Assembly (NCBI GenBank): GCA_964513645.1
Contig: CAZENF010000002.1
Span: 73,409 to 137,408, forward strand
Reading direction: 5' to 3'
Source: an uncultured Candidatus Saccharibacteria bacterium
Lineage (GTDB): Bacteria; Patescibacteriota; Minisyncoccia; 2-02-FULL-40-12; GWA2-44-9
Length of the DNA: 64,000 nucleotides
The position numbers and the translations under genes were made by a program. The notes beneath the pieces were generated by a model. The model was not told the origin of the DNA. It worked only from the letters and a program-made list of their open reading frames with translations, and did not search any database. This document shows, piece by piece, positions 18,660-28,456 of this stretch; the stretch's first letter is position 1; each line of letters begins with the position of its first letter.

Positions 18660-18662
18660 ATT

Positions 18663-20411
18663 TTATTCATTAACAACGCGTAAGATCTCCTCGAGGGTCG
18701 TATAGCCGGCTAAAGCTTTTTTGAAACCGTCCTCAAGAAGAGGTATCATTCCGTTCTTAACCGCGATCTTTTTTATCTCACCGGCATCAGCCCGCCTCAT
18801 TATCGCTTCCCTGATAAAATCATTGACCTCGAGTATTTCGTAAATTCCCATCCGACTGAAATAGCCGGTATCTCCGCACTCCTGACAACCTTTGCCGTAA
18901 TAAAAATCGCGGTGATTATCTATCAGATCCGACGGGAGAATACTTTTTAAGTTCTCAAGCTCTGCATCGGTAAGTTTTTTCTTGGTCTTACAATGGGGAC
19001 AGATCATCCTGACCAGACGCTGACCAATGGCAATATTTATCGTTGAGGCCACCAGGAACGGCTCGATCCCCATATCGAGCAGTCTGGGCAAGGTAGTTGC
19101 AGAATCATTGGTGTGAATGGTTGAAAGAAGTTTGTGTCCGGTCAAAGCGGCATTAACCGCTATTGAGGCGGTCTCCTGGTCACGTATCTCTCCGACCATG
19201 ATAACGTTCGGGTCCTGCCTAAGTATCGAACGTAGTCCAGCCGCAAAAGTAAGTCCGGTTCTGGTATTGACCTGGATTTGGTCAACACCTTCGAGAGAAT
19301 ATTCTATCGGATCTTCCACTGTGATAACCGATACCTCACGGGTATTAACTTCCTTAAGTATCGTGTAAAGCGTAGTCGTTTTACCGGAACCGGTCGGACC
19401 GGTAGCCAAGATCATTCCGTGTGGACGCTGGGTAGATTTTCTGATTTTCAGTTTATCTTCCCCCGTCAAAGCCAGGTCATCGAGTTTTGATATCTGGGTC
19501 TGCTCAGCCAAAAGACGAAGAACAGAATTTTCTCCGTAATAAGTCGGAATTATCGAGACCCGGACATCAAATTGGCTTGGCGGATTTGCGATTGCGATCT
19601 TAAAACGTCCGTCCTGGGCCGCTTGGTGTTCATCCGTTCTCATTCCGCCCAGAACTTTTATCCTGGTTATAATACCCGAGTGTATCTCTTTGGGAAAACT
19701 GAAAACATCGTGAAGAATCCCGTCTATTCTCAAGCGTGCAATTAGATGTTCTTCAAAAGGTTCGAGGTGTATGTCTGAAGCACGAGCCATGAAAGAATAT
19801 TCCATCATACTGTCAACCAAAGCAATTATAGAAACTTCGGCCGGCGGAGCGGTGAGCATTTTATCTATTTTGGCTTTTATCCGCTTAGGCGCTTCGAGCG
19901 GAATTACAGTTTTAGGCGAAGTTGAAGCTGGTTTACGGGCAGTAATGTCCACTGGGACAGATTCTTTTTTAACGATCGGTATTTTTTCTAAAGGTATTTC
20001 CCGGTTTTTACTCTTTAGGATTTCCTCTATCTTGGTCACTATCTCGTCGGTATTGGTCAGGGCTTTAACAAGATAAAAATTCGCTCCGACCTTCAGACTC
20101 TTTTCCATCGCTTCGGGCTGGTCGAGGTTGAAAAGGATCATTATCGGCAAAGCGACCTTGTCATAATTTTTTCTTAATTTTTCAATAAGCTCAAAACCAT
20201 CAACCTCACCGGCCAAGGGCAGGTCAAGAAGTATCAACAGAGGGTGTTCTTTGGCAATTTTTTCCGAAACCTCCTTGCCGTCATATAAAGTTACGGCTTC
20301 ATATCCGACATTGGATATCTTCTCGGCCAAAAGTTCAGCCATGAAGATGTTATCTTCGACTATTAGTATTTTGCCAAGATTTATTGCGGTTTTAATTTTT
20401 GAAACAGCCAT
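18663..20411 (-). CDS. pilB: Response-regulator receiver domain fused to PilB/GspE-family pilus assembly ATPase
   Basis: The N-terminus is a CheY-like receiver (ILIVEDN…LILLDLPLAGEVDGFELIEKL…LVKA). It is followed by Walker A GPTGSGKTTTLY, an Asp box (MVGEIRD), a His box, and the tetracysteine motif CPHC…CQEC. Confidence 0.85.
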   Translation of the reverse strand: MAVSKIKTAINLGKILIVEDNIFMAELLAEKISNVGYEAVTLYDGKEVSEKIAKEHPLLILLDLPLAGEVDGFELIEKLRKNYDKVALPIMILFNLDQPEAMEKSLKVGANFYLVKALTNTDEIVTKIEEILKSKNREIPLEKIPIVKKESVPVDITARKPASTSPKTVIPLEAPKRIKAKIDKMLTAPPAEVSIIALVDSMMEYSFMARASDIHLEPFEEHLIARLRIDGILHDVFSFPKEIHSGIITRIKVLGGMRTDEHQAAQDGRFKIAIANPPSQFDVRVSIIPTYYGENSVLRLLAEQTQISKLDDLALTGEDKLKIRKSTQRPHGMILATGPTGSGKTTTLYTILKEVNTREVSVITVEDPIEYSLEGVDQIQVNTRTGLTFAAGLRSILRQDPNVIMVGEIRDQETASIAVNAALTGHKLLSTIHTNDSATTLPRLLDMGIEPFLVASTINIAIGQRLVRMICPHCKTKKKLTDAELENLKSILPSDLIDNHRDFYYGKGCQECGDTGYFSRMGIYEILEVNDFIREAIMRRADAGEIKKIAVKNGMIPLLEDGFKKALAGYTTLEEILRVVNE

Positions 20412-20419
20412 TTTTAATT

Positions 20420-20827
20420 TTAATTAGAGACGGGTTGAAGTTCTTTTTTTACCCTCTCGATAACTTTGTCGAGGTCTTCTGTTTTTCTAAGATGGCCGAG
20501 CGCTCCGATGTCTTTGGCGAATTTTTCATCCAGAGGTTGGTCGGCCGTATTGGCCTCGCCGTAATTCGTTAAAAAAAGAACCTTGAGTCCTGCCGTTTCC
20601 GGGTCAGATTTTATCTTGGACAAAGTCTCAATGCCGTTCATCACCGGCATTTGAACATCGAGAAGGATCATGTCCGGTTTTATCGCTTTTGCCTTTTCAA
20701 ATGCAACCTGACCGTTTTCGGCTTCCTCAACCGCAAAACCGGCTACTTCGAGCTTTGTTCTCAAGAGCAAACGCATATCACCGTCGTCGTCAACTTCCAA
20801 AACAATAAATTTACCATTCTTAGGCAT
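20420..20827 (-). CDS. Stand-alone CheY-like response regulator receiver
   Basis: FIVLEVDDDGD…MILLDVQMPVMNGIETL…LKVLFLTNYG. The start is chosen at the MPKNGKF methionine. The track ORF extends to 20875. Confidence 0.7.
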   Translation of the reverse strand: MPKNGKFIVLEVDDDGDMRLLLRTKLEVAGFAVEEAENGQVAFEKAKAIKPDMILLDVQMPVMNGIETLSKIKSDPETAGLKVLFLTNYGEANTADQPLDEKFAKDIGALGHLRKTEDLDKVIERVKKELQPVSN

Positions 20828-20929
20828 ATAGTAATAATATACCATATTTACTCTCATTAATCGTCCACTTATCAAGACGTGTGCCAGATCGAGATTTACA
20901 CATTTTTTATATCGCAGTATAATTAAGTT

Positions 20930-21430
20930 GTGAGCGCATCTTCACCTAAACAAGTACTTCTCCGGGATATTATGACCAAAAAGGTATTTTCGATTTCGCC
21001 GGACGCTTCAATTCTCGAAGCGGCAAAAATAATAAGCGAGCATAACTTTGACGGTCTGCCGGTAACAGACAAAGAGAATCATCTGGTCGGAATAATCACA
21101 GAATATGACCTTATCCTGCGGACTTCGACCGTAAATTCTTCATTTCTACAAAAAGTACTGAATGAGGTAAGGACCAAAAAACAGGACGAAGAAGATCAAA
21201 ACGCTACAGAACAACTGTCTTCCCTGAAAGTATCGGACATCATGAACAAAGAACCGCTGGCTCTCCGAGAGGATATGAATTTTGAAGAAGCGGTAGCCGC
21301 TTTCATTACCCATCACAAAGTAAATCCGATACCCGTTGTCGACAAAGACAACAAGGTCGTCGGCATAATCAGCAGATATGATGCGCTGCGTCCGCTTAAT
21401 CTGCTTGGTTATACTTCACACAAAAAATAA
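20930..21430 (+). CDS. CBS-domain pair protein
   Basis: Two CBS motifs (…FDGLPVTDKENHLVGIITEYDL… and …HKVNPIPVVDKDNKVVGIISRYD…). Confidence 0.7.
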   Translation: MSASSPKQVLLRDIMTKKVFSISPDASILEAAKIISEHNFDGLPVTDKENHLVGIITEYDLILRTSTVNSSFLQKVLNEVRTKKQDEEDQNATEQLSSLKVSDIMNKEPLALREDMNFEEAVAAFITHHKVNPIPVVDKDNKVVGIISRYDALRPLNLLGYTSHKK

Positions 21431-21928
21431 ATGACGGACCAAAAAGAAACATCCAAAATAAGAGCCAGTGATATTATGACCCGAGAGGTCGTCTACGTTC
21501 ATCCGGACGTCCCGATATTGGAAGTGGCCAAAGTCCTGGCTGAACATAATTTTGACGGTGTTCCGGTGGTGGATAACGACAACAAACTCATCGGCATAGT
21601 TACTGAATACGACCTGATAAATAAAACTTCGGCCGTGCACCTGCCGACTCTTCAGATAGTTCTCAAGAATCTTCCCCAATTCAAAAAAGAAGGCGACCAA
21701 TTCCAACAGGAGATCCTGTCACTGAAAGTCTCCGACATTATGAATAAAGAACCGTTGGCCATTCCCCCGGAGATGGCTTATGATGAAGTAATAAACATCT
21801 TCAAGGACCACCATCGTGTTAACCCGATACCCGTCGTAGACAAAGACAACAAGGTCCTCGGCGTTATCAGCCGCTTCGACGTTCTGCGACCTTTCCATGT
21901 ACTCCAAGGAGTTCTGAAATATTTTTAA
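21431..21928 (+). CDS. CBS-domain pair protein (paralog of the preceding gene)
   Basis: Same architecture as the preceding gene at about 50% identity. Its ATG overlaps the preceding stop. Confidence 0.7.
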   Translation: MTDQKETSKIRASDIMTREVVYVHPDVPILEVAKVLAEHNFDGVPVVDNDNKLIGIVTEYDLINKTSAVHLPTLQIVLKNLPQFKKEGDQFQQEILSLKVSDIMNKEPLAIPPEMAYDEVINIFKDHHRVNPIPVVDKDNKVLGVISRFDVLRPFHVLQGVLKYF

Positions 21929-21955
21929 AAACCTCCGCTCAAGTGGAGGTTTTTA
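21927..21955. terminator. Bidirectional rho-independent terminator between the CBS gene (+) and the histidine kinase (-)
   Basis: aaaaacctccgctc-aa-gtggaggttttta: a stem with A-run and T-run on both sides. Confidence 0.55.
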
Positions 21956-23539
21956 TGTCAGAGGTATTTTAACCATAAATTTACTGCCCTTGCCACGCCC
22001 TTCCGATTCCACCCACATCTCGCCATGATGGCCGGTGACAATGGCATGGGCAATGAACAAACCAAGTCCGGTACCTTCTATCTGCTTGGTTGAGGAATCT
22101 CTTTTAAACTCTTCGAAAAGATGAGGCAAGAGCTCTTTGGATATGCCGTGGCCTGAATCAGAAACTGAAAACAAAAACTTGCCGTCAGAGAATTCCGTTC
22201 TGACCTTAACAAAACCTTGGTCCGTGTATTTGATCGAGTTTTCTATTAAATTCTGGAAAACCTGCCTTATCTTCTGGGCATCGGCATTTACCCATCCCCC
22301 GCCCGGCTGAACCTCGAGAGTGAATTCAAGTTTTTTATTTTGAGCCAACGGCTTAAGCTCTTCAAAAAGACTGCGGATGATCTCAACAACGTCTATCTTC
22401 TCCATTTGGTACTCCATTTTACCCTCCTCTATCTTTCTGATACTTAAAAAATCACTGACCAGCTGGACCATGCGGTCGGCAGAATCTTTTATCTTGTGGG
22501 CGCCTTCTTTAGCTTTTTCGGGAACATCGCCATAGGTTCCATCATAAATAAATGTTGAAAAACCTTTTATCGCAGCCAATGGGGCTTTTATCTGATGCGA
22601 AGCAAATGACAGGAACTCGGATTTTAAATGGTCGAGTTCTTTTAATTTTTCGTTAGCTTCACCTAATTCTTTTGTCAGAACTTCGAGCTTCTCCCTCTGT
22701 TCAACTTCTTTCAAAACACTCCGGATAAGAAAAACTCCGAACATAAATAAAAGACAGAATAGGGTTATTCTCAAGATAAGTTCAAGGGCGCTCCTGGCCG
22801 TAAAGACTTCGAAAAGGGATATCGAAAGAATTGCGAAAGTGACCATTTCCGTCGTAACCGCTTTCACATTCAGGAGATGGTGTTTCATTATCGCATAGCC
22901 CATTCCGATAATAGCCGGGAGAATGAATATCGGACCCAAATCAACAAAGAAAGTATTGTTGAACAGCACTACCAGCAGATAATTTGTGGTTACGAGTAGA
23001 ATAAATGTCGAAAACACACCTAAGACCATCGCACGCCATTGTTTTCTTTCGAGGTCTTTGGCGGCCAGATATTTTTTTATCATCATAAATATGCTCGCGA
23101 TAAGATAGCTCAAGACAACCAGCCCGAAAAGTGGCATCAATGGTCCGGGTATCGGCACAACCGAAGTTTTTCCAAGCTGGTAACCGCTGAAAACAAAAGG
23201 TGAGATTGTCGTTAACATCACCAAAAAAGTGCCGATCAGAACCAAAGAAAGATAAACCCGAGATATCCTTAACTTAACTTCCGGAAAGTTATAAATGAAC
23301 AGAAAGAAACTTGCCATCAGGGGAACGGCAAAGAAAAGGACCATCCTTATCCAGAACAGGACATTCACCGGTTCCGAGGTCAAAGAAAAATAATTTGCCA
23401 GAGACCAGAAAACAGCCGATAAGCTCATCAGAAAGAAGAACAGGTTGGTCATACTCTTTCGGTCATGAAAATAAACAATTATTCCCATAAAAAATATCCC
23501 GAAAGACCCGATCATTGTATATGCTAACTCCTGTGCCAT
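21953..23539 (-). CDS. Membrane sensor histidine kinase (multi-TM N-terminal sensor, HisKA, HATPase)
   Basis: About 7 N-terminal TM helices, an H-box SFASHQIKAPLAAIKGF, and N/G boxes (NLIENSIKYT, GTGLGLFIAHAIV). Confidence 0.8.
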   Translation of the reverse strand: MAQELAYTMIGSFGIFFMGIIVYFHDRKSMTNLFFFLMSLSAVFWSLANYFSLTSEPVNVLFWIRMVLFFAVPLMASFFLFIYNFPEVKLRISRVYLSLVLIGTFLVMLTTISPFVFSGYQLGKTSVVPIPGPLMPLFGLVVLSYLIASIFMMIKKYLAAKDLERKQWRAMVLGVFSTFILLVTTNYLLVVLFNNTFFVDLGPIFILPAIIGMGYAIMKHHLLNVKAVTTEMVTFAILSISLFEVFTARSALELILRITLFCLLFMFGVFLIRSVLKEVEQREKLEVLTKELGEANEKLKELDHLKSEFLSFASHQIKAPLAAIKGFSTFIYDGTYGDVPEKAKEGAHKIKDSADRMVQLVSDFLSIRKIEEGKMEYQMEKIDVVEIIRSLFEELKPLAQNKKLEFTLEVQPGGGWVNADAQKIRQVFQNLIENSIKYTDQGFVKVRTEFSDGKFLFSVSDSGHGISKELLPHLFEEFKRDSSTKQIEGTGLGLFIAHAIVTGHHGEMWVESEGRGKGSKFMVKIPLT

Positions 23540-25011
23540 TTTTGTTTTATCCCCGGAACAAAGAAATCTTTGTCTCCATACTCACGGAGGATTATTTTCG
23601 GTTCGATCAAAGAACCCATGGTTTTTGAGAGTTCATTGTACTCGGTGTTTTTTTGTTTAAGCGCTCTGACAACCGAACTTCTTACACTCCCCTCGAGTTT
23701 TGGTCCCGATTTTGCACCTTTTTTAAGTTCGATGTTTATCTCGAGATACTGATTAAGTTTTTCGTCGTTCATGGTCATCATCGTAAACTTTCCGCTGACG
23801 TGCCGGGAAACTTCATCCGCACTCAAACCATCCCGGATATTTTCAGGATAAATATTCATCCCGTATAAACTGGCAGTAAAATCATCCCGGCCAAAAACAT
23901 AAACGAACGGCAGCTGCCAGGTGTTTATTTTTTTCTTCTCGGCCTCTTTTTCCATATCAAATCCGCTTTCAGCTAATATGCTTTTCATTTCGGAGTATCC
24001 AACGACATCACCAGTATCACCGAGGTCGTACCGAACCAGCGGAATACCGCTTGAAGTTGAAAAAATAAGTTTCCCATCTTCGGCTTCGGTATATTTAAAA
24101 GCCGGATTATACTGCGCCAGGGTCGGCACCCGGCCGTCTTTTGAAAATATTTTTTTATAAAGTTCGGGTTTTTCATAAGTAACCGTCCGTCTTACCAGAT
24201 TAGACAGAGGCGTTTCGTGGGCCATGATAACCGCGTCGGCGGTCCCGTATATATTAAGCGAGCCTTTATACAGGTCTCCTGTACCGGCTTTTTTATATAA
24301 ATAATCCCGCCATTTTTCGCTGAAAGATTCCGCCGCAAAAAGAAACTTGATGTTATATTTCTTCCAGTTTATTCCGTTATCTTTGCCCTGGTCTATCATA
24401 TCTTTGACGAACGGCGGATAACCGGCAATGATTATCCGGTCATAGTGGTGGCCGATAGCTTTCACCACTTTGAACACTTCCGGAATATTTATCCCAGGAG
24501 TGACCACGGTCATTTTGTGATTTTCCGCGATCGCCTGAGTCGCTCGATATATCAAAGTTCCGCCTATCCAAACCCCCATCGCAAAAGAAACTATAAAAAG
24601 CGTTGAACCTCTGCCGACCCCGAACGCATCCTGATAAAAAGCATTCAGGGTCAGAACGGCTTCTTTTTCCTGTTCGTGACCGCGCAGCCAATAGAAAGGT
24701 TCCCCGGTCGAACCGGAGCTGACCGAGATCATATCCATTAGACCGGGCTCGCCATCCCAACATAATTCCGGGAACGGATATTTGCGCAGATAATTTTTTT
24801 TGTTGACTGTCGGTACTTTTTTGAGGTCGGCGGCAGTTTTGATCAAGCTATGCAAGATACCGTGATCCTTCAGGAATTTTTTATAAGCCGGGACTCTCGT
24901 AGCAGTTGAGTGAAATAACTTAAGAGCTTTTTTCTCGCCTTCGGCCAACCAAAAATCTTCTTTCTTGGTTTCAAGATATTTTTTATATTTTTCTGAATCT
25001 TCTTTAAACAT
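23524..25011 (-). CDS. PaaK/CapK/F390-synthetase-family adenylate-forming enzyme
   Basis: N-terminal PaaK-like region (…RVPAYKKFL…LKKVPTVNKKNYLRKYPF…) and the AMP-binding-like motif SSGSTGEPFYW. Confidence 0.55.
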   Translation of the reverse strand: MFKEDSEKYKKYLETKKEDFWLAEGEKKALKLFHSTATRVPAYKKFLKDHGILHSLIKTAADLKKVPTVNKKNYLRKYPFPELCWDGEPGLMDMISVSSGSTGEPFYWLRGHEQEKEAVLTLNAFYQDAFGVGRGSTLFIVSFAMGVWIGGTLIYRATQAIAENHKMTVVTPGINIPEVFKVVKAIGHHYDRIIIAGYPPFVKDMIDQGKDNGINWKKYNIKFLFAAESFSEKWRDYLYKKAGTGDLYKGSLNIYGTADAVIMAHETPLSNLVRRTVTYEKPELYKKIFSKDGRVPTLAQYNPAFKYTEAEDGKLIFSTSSGIPLVRYDLGDTGDVVGYSEMKSILAESGFDMEKEAEKKKINTWQLPFVYVFGRDDFTASLYGMNIYPENIRDGLSADEVSRHVSGKFTMMTMNDEKLNQYLEINIELKKGAKSGPKLEGSVRSSVVRALKQKNTEYNELSKTMGSLIEPKIILREYGDKDFFVPGIKQKWHRS

Positions 25012-26029
25012 ACACTTTCTCCATATTCAGATCGTAACGTCCGGACTTCATTTCTTTTCCTGAAATTATCCGCCTGACCACATAACTTAGCGCCGCTCCC
25101 CTCAAAAAAGACGACTCGGCAAGCTGGGGAATACCGGCAAGTTTTGAACCAACCAAGTGGAAAGATCTGACCAGGTCGGGATGAAGGTATTTTTTATCCA
25201 TAAAATCCATCATTAGTTTTATCTTTTTCTCAAAAGGCAGCGGCCCGGACTTTATATCTTCCGTCACTTTTTTACTTAAATGGCCGTTCAAAAAAGGAAG
25301 GTCGGGCTTAAGGTCAAATCTCTCTACATCAATTATAACATTGGGCCCGTTGCCGGTAACCATGACCACCGGGATTCGGTTCTCGCGGGCTATTTCCCTC
25401 AATTTCAACTTGAGGAGTAAATTATCCGTTTCCTCAACCAAAACGTCTATTTTAGGTTTAAGCAAAAAGGTTTTAATATTCTCATCACTAATACCTTGAT
25501 CAAAAACTTCGAGCTTGGCAAAAGGATTTATCTCATAGATTTGTCTCGAGGTCAGAACAGCCTTGTTTAGACCTAAATCAGGCAGACCGGCTCTGAAACG
25601 GTTAAGATTTGAAACTGAAAGCACATCATTGTCGGCCAATTTCATGCCAGCTTCAGATTCAAGCGCCAGGCAAACCGCTCCCGGATTGCCGACATTCAGT
25701 CCGGCGACGCCTATCCGCGCTTTGGATAGTTTAGCTTCCTCGTCGTCAGATATAAGATATTTGTTTCTCGAGGATCGTAAAAGTTTAAAATCTTTTTCGT
25801 TGAGACAATTAACCAACGCATGTCTCCACGGATAATGAACCCAGACTGATTCTGCTGAAAATTTATCCTTGGGGTCTGCTGTTTTCAAAAGTCCAGGATT
25901 TTTGACGAACTTAAGTTCTTTGAGCTGCTCCTCAAGTTCATCGATAATTTCAGGTCGGCCGTTCTTTATCTTCTGAAATTCTTTTTTATCGGCCGCTTTT
26001 TTAAGATCGAAAATTCGGGGTTGGGTCAT
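25004..26029 (-). CDS. ThiF/MoeB (E1-like) family protein
   Basis: ARIGVAGLNVGNPGAVCLA (a Rossmann GxGxxG-like region) followed by DNDVLSVSNLNRF (the E1-family D-x-D…SNLNRQ motif). Confidence 0.5.
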   Translation of the reverse strand: MTQPRIFDLKKAADKKEFQKIKNGRPEIIDELEEQLKELKFVKNPGLLKTADPKDKFSAESVWVHYPWRHALVNCLNEKDFKLLRSSRNKYLISDDEEAKLSKARIGVAGLNVGNPGAVCLALESEAGMKLADNDVLSVSNLNRFRAGLPDLGLNKAVLTSRQIYEINPFAKLEVFDQGISDENIKTFLLKPKIDVLVEETDNLLLKLKLREIARENRIPVVMVTGNGPNVIIDVERFDLKPDLPFLNGHLSKKVTEDIKSGPLPFEKKIKLMMDFMDKKYLHPDLVRSFHLVGSKLAGIPQLAESSFLRGAALSYVVRRIISGKEMKSGRYDLNMEKVYV

Positions 26030-27030
26030 ATTAATTTTTCTTCGATGCTGTGGCGTGGACTGTGCTTAGGTTTGTAATTCATATATCCGGCGCAGAACAG
26101 AAACTGGGGAGTTAAACTTATCTCCGCAATCTCCTGGACCTTCTTATACAAATCCCCCATTTCAATTGAAGCGACAAAGATAGAAGTTTTGATATCTTCC
26201 GAATTAAGCTGAAGCATATATCTCTGGGCAAGTCGTCCGACCTCAAGCCAAATCTCCGGATTTGACTCTTCAGAACTTAAAAGACAAATGAAAGGCGTTG
26301 AGGCCATGCTTTTGTAATTAAGTTTGGCCAAGAACGGTCCAATATCAAAAAATTTAACCATCGTCGGTATTAGGAACGAAAGAAGAAATGGCATTCTCAA
26401 AGAGTAGCCAGGCAGGCCGGTTTTTTTGGCAGATAAACTATTGTTCATCCAACCCGACATTTCTTTTCTAAAAGAAGGTTTCTTATAAGCAAGTTTGAGG
26501 CCTTCGGCGGTTAAGACGGCAAGGTTATTTATCTTTTCTTTATTTGTTATGAAGTCCGTCCGGATACGCCCGTCCTTCTTTAAAGACATCATCTCCGCCT
26601 GTATTTTCCCGGGCAAGGGCTTTTGTTCGAATAATCCCCTGGCATTTACCCTCTTGGGTATTGTATCGACAAGGTATTCAAGGTCCGTGTTGGCGGAACC
26701 ATTATTTTGAAAATCGAGCTGGGCAACCAAGTCATTCGAGAGAATAATTTTTTCACTTTTATATATCCCGAAATAGTTCGCGGCAATTATTAAATTTTCG
26801 ACAAGACAACCCATGCTGATATACAGGTCGCGACCCAACGGGTCGGCCTGGGGTATCTTAAGTTTGGGATCAAAATATATCTTTAAAGTGTTGTTTTCTA
26901 TTTTGAAAAGCCAGGGCTGACTGTTGTGAGTTGACGGTGCAAGAACGCCATAGTTAAGAATAAATTTAATTTTTTCATTTAAATTGCCGGTTTTAGTAAA
27001 ATCTTCTTTTTTGACATTCCAAGGGTTCAT
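26026..27030 (-). CDS. Nitroreductase-family protein (long, Acg-like two-lobe form)
   Basis: An N-terminal PSTHNSQPW motif characteristic of the nitroreductase fold. 334 aa. Confidence 0.6.
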   Translation of the reverse strand: MNPWNVKKEDFTKTGNLNEKIKFILNYGVLAPSTHNSQPWLFKIENNTLKIYFDPKLKIPQADPLGRDLYISMGCLVENLIIAANYFGIYKSEKIILSNDLVAQLDFQNNGSANTDLEYLVDTIPKRVNARGLFEQKPLPGKIQAEMMSLKKDGRIRTDFITNKEKINNLAVLTAEGLKLAYKKPSFRKEMSGWMNNSLSAKKTGLPGYSLRMPFLLSFLIPTMVKFFDIGPFLAKLNYKSMASTPFICLLSSEESNPEIWLEVGRLAQRYMLQLNSEDIKTSIFVASIEMGDLYKKVQEIAEISLTPQFLFCAGYMNYKPKHSPRHSIEEKLI

Positions 27031-27084
27031 AATGGAGCTAATAAACTTATTCAGACACTCCGTATTATATCATTTTTACCAATT

Positions 27085-27109
27085 AAAAACCGACTATTCA
27101 CAGTCGGTT
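27085..27109 (-). terminator. Rho-independent terminator after the secreted hydrolase gene
   Basis: Minus strand: aaccgact-gtgaat-agtcggttttt. Confidence 0.5.
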
Positions 27110-27129
27110 ATAATTGCGGAAAACTTTTA

Positions 27130-28455
27130 TTAACGGGTTATAGTTATCGTAACTGTCAGAAATCCTAAGTTATCCTCTAATTGCGTATCATTTATCGCTA
27201 AGAAGATGTTCCCGGACAAACCATCAGGGACGGTTTCAGAAAACACGCTTCCGATAAAGCCAGGACCATAAATACCTGCTCTTCCCGTTTCGGAACCTGT
27301 TTTGCCTGTTTCAGGGTTAAGATCCTTCCCGTCATCGAGCAAGGCATTACCGGCAAAAGAAGAGCCGATACTGCCTACCAATGCGCCGCCTGAAATGGTC
27401 GGCAACATTGGCTGAATATCGCCGGGCTGGACAACTAAGCTTGTTCCATTGGCGTTCGTTTGGAAGTTGGAAACTCCATAGGAATAAAATCCGCTGGTTG
27501 AAATACTTACTATGTCCCCTGCCTGTACAAATATACCGGTATCGTAAGAACCAAGACCTCCGAGCTGGATCAAACCAGCTCTTGAGTCAAGAGAAAATAC
27601 GGTACTTGGCGGCGGAGATGGAGGAAGCGGAATCGCACCAACGATTTGGGCAATGATTCTTGGACGACTGAACGAGCCGATTAAATATGAATCAGCAAAA
27701 CCATGACAAGAATAGGCAGTTACTCCTGGACTTTGTGGGTCGCCAGAATTTACCGTGCATTTAGAGCCAGAAACATCTGTGTTTGCATCTTGACGGCCTA
27801 GGGCAACCAAAATAATATCGCCATAAAGTGTTACGTGTTTATTACCAGAAATATCATCAGCCTGAAAAGAGTCTGGATTTGATACAGAAACGATTTTGAG
27901 CTTGTTAGTTGAATTGATTCCGAATATCTGATTATAAGCCTCGTTAGCATAGAAATTACCCTGAGAATGAGCAACAACAATAACTTTCCTACCTTGCGCT
28001 ATTTCTTGCTGATATCTTGATACATGCTGACCCAAATCACGACTAATCACGTAATTAACACTATTCCAAGATCTGATTATTGTTTCCAGCTTATTTTCCA
28101 CATATCCGGGCGTTGCAATTAATCTAAATATTGCCTGCCAGAGACTGGTTGTTGAAGAAGAGATAGCCTGAAGATAGCCTTCCAGAAGATCAAGTTTACC
28201 AAGTTCGTCCTGATTATAAGAAATTTGAAAACAAATACCTTCTTTCTCAATCGGAGGAATGAGATAAGGGTCGAGAGCTTGAGATAGCGCTTTTTTAGAA
28301 TCCCTGGCATCTTGTTTTGAATTATCCATTCCATTTCCAAAAAATATTACTGTATTGGTTGTTGATGGACAAATCTCATTATCTTGAGCGTAGAGATTCA
28401 TTCCTAATAATCCCATTGATGAGACTAAGATACCTATCCTGATTTTTATATACAC
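27130..28455 (-). CDS. Secreted protein with lipase/esterase-like nucleophile elbow (VVAHSQGN)
   Basis: Signal peptide and an A-H-S-Q-G motif. A Gly/Ser-rich beta-rich C-terminal domain. Confidence 0.4.
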   Translation of the reverse strand: MYIKIRIGILVSSMGLLGMNLYAQDNEICPSTTNTVIFFGNGMDNSKQDARDSKKALSQALDPYLIPPIEKEGICFQISYNQDELGKLDLLEGYLQAISSSTTSLWQAIFRLIATPGYVENKLETIIRSWNSVNYVISRDLGQHVSRYQQEIAQGRKVIVVAHSQGNFYANEAYNQIFGINSTNKLKIVSVSNPDSFQADDISGNKHVTLYGDIILVALGRQDANTDVSGSKCTVNSGDPQSPGVTAYSCHGFADSYLIGSFSRPRIIAQIVGAIPLPPSPPPSTVFSLDSRAGLIQLGGLGSYDTGIFVQAGDIVSISTSGFYSYGVSNFQTNANGTSLVVQPGDIQPMLPTISGGALVGSIGSSFAGNALLDDGKDLNPETGKTGSETGRAGIYGPGFIGSVFSETVPDGLSGNIFLAINDTQLEDNLGFLTVTITITR

Positions 28456-28456
28456 C

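Noticed and set aside
25004-27030. ThiF-like plus nitroreductase as a thiazole/oxazole (TOMM) cyclodehydratase-dehydrogenase pair
   Set aside because: No YcaO-domain protein and no precursor peptide in the neighbourhood, and the adjacent ATP-dependent enzyme is PaaK-type. Reported only as a cluster of unknown function.
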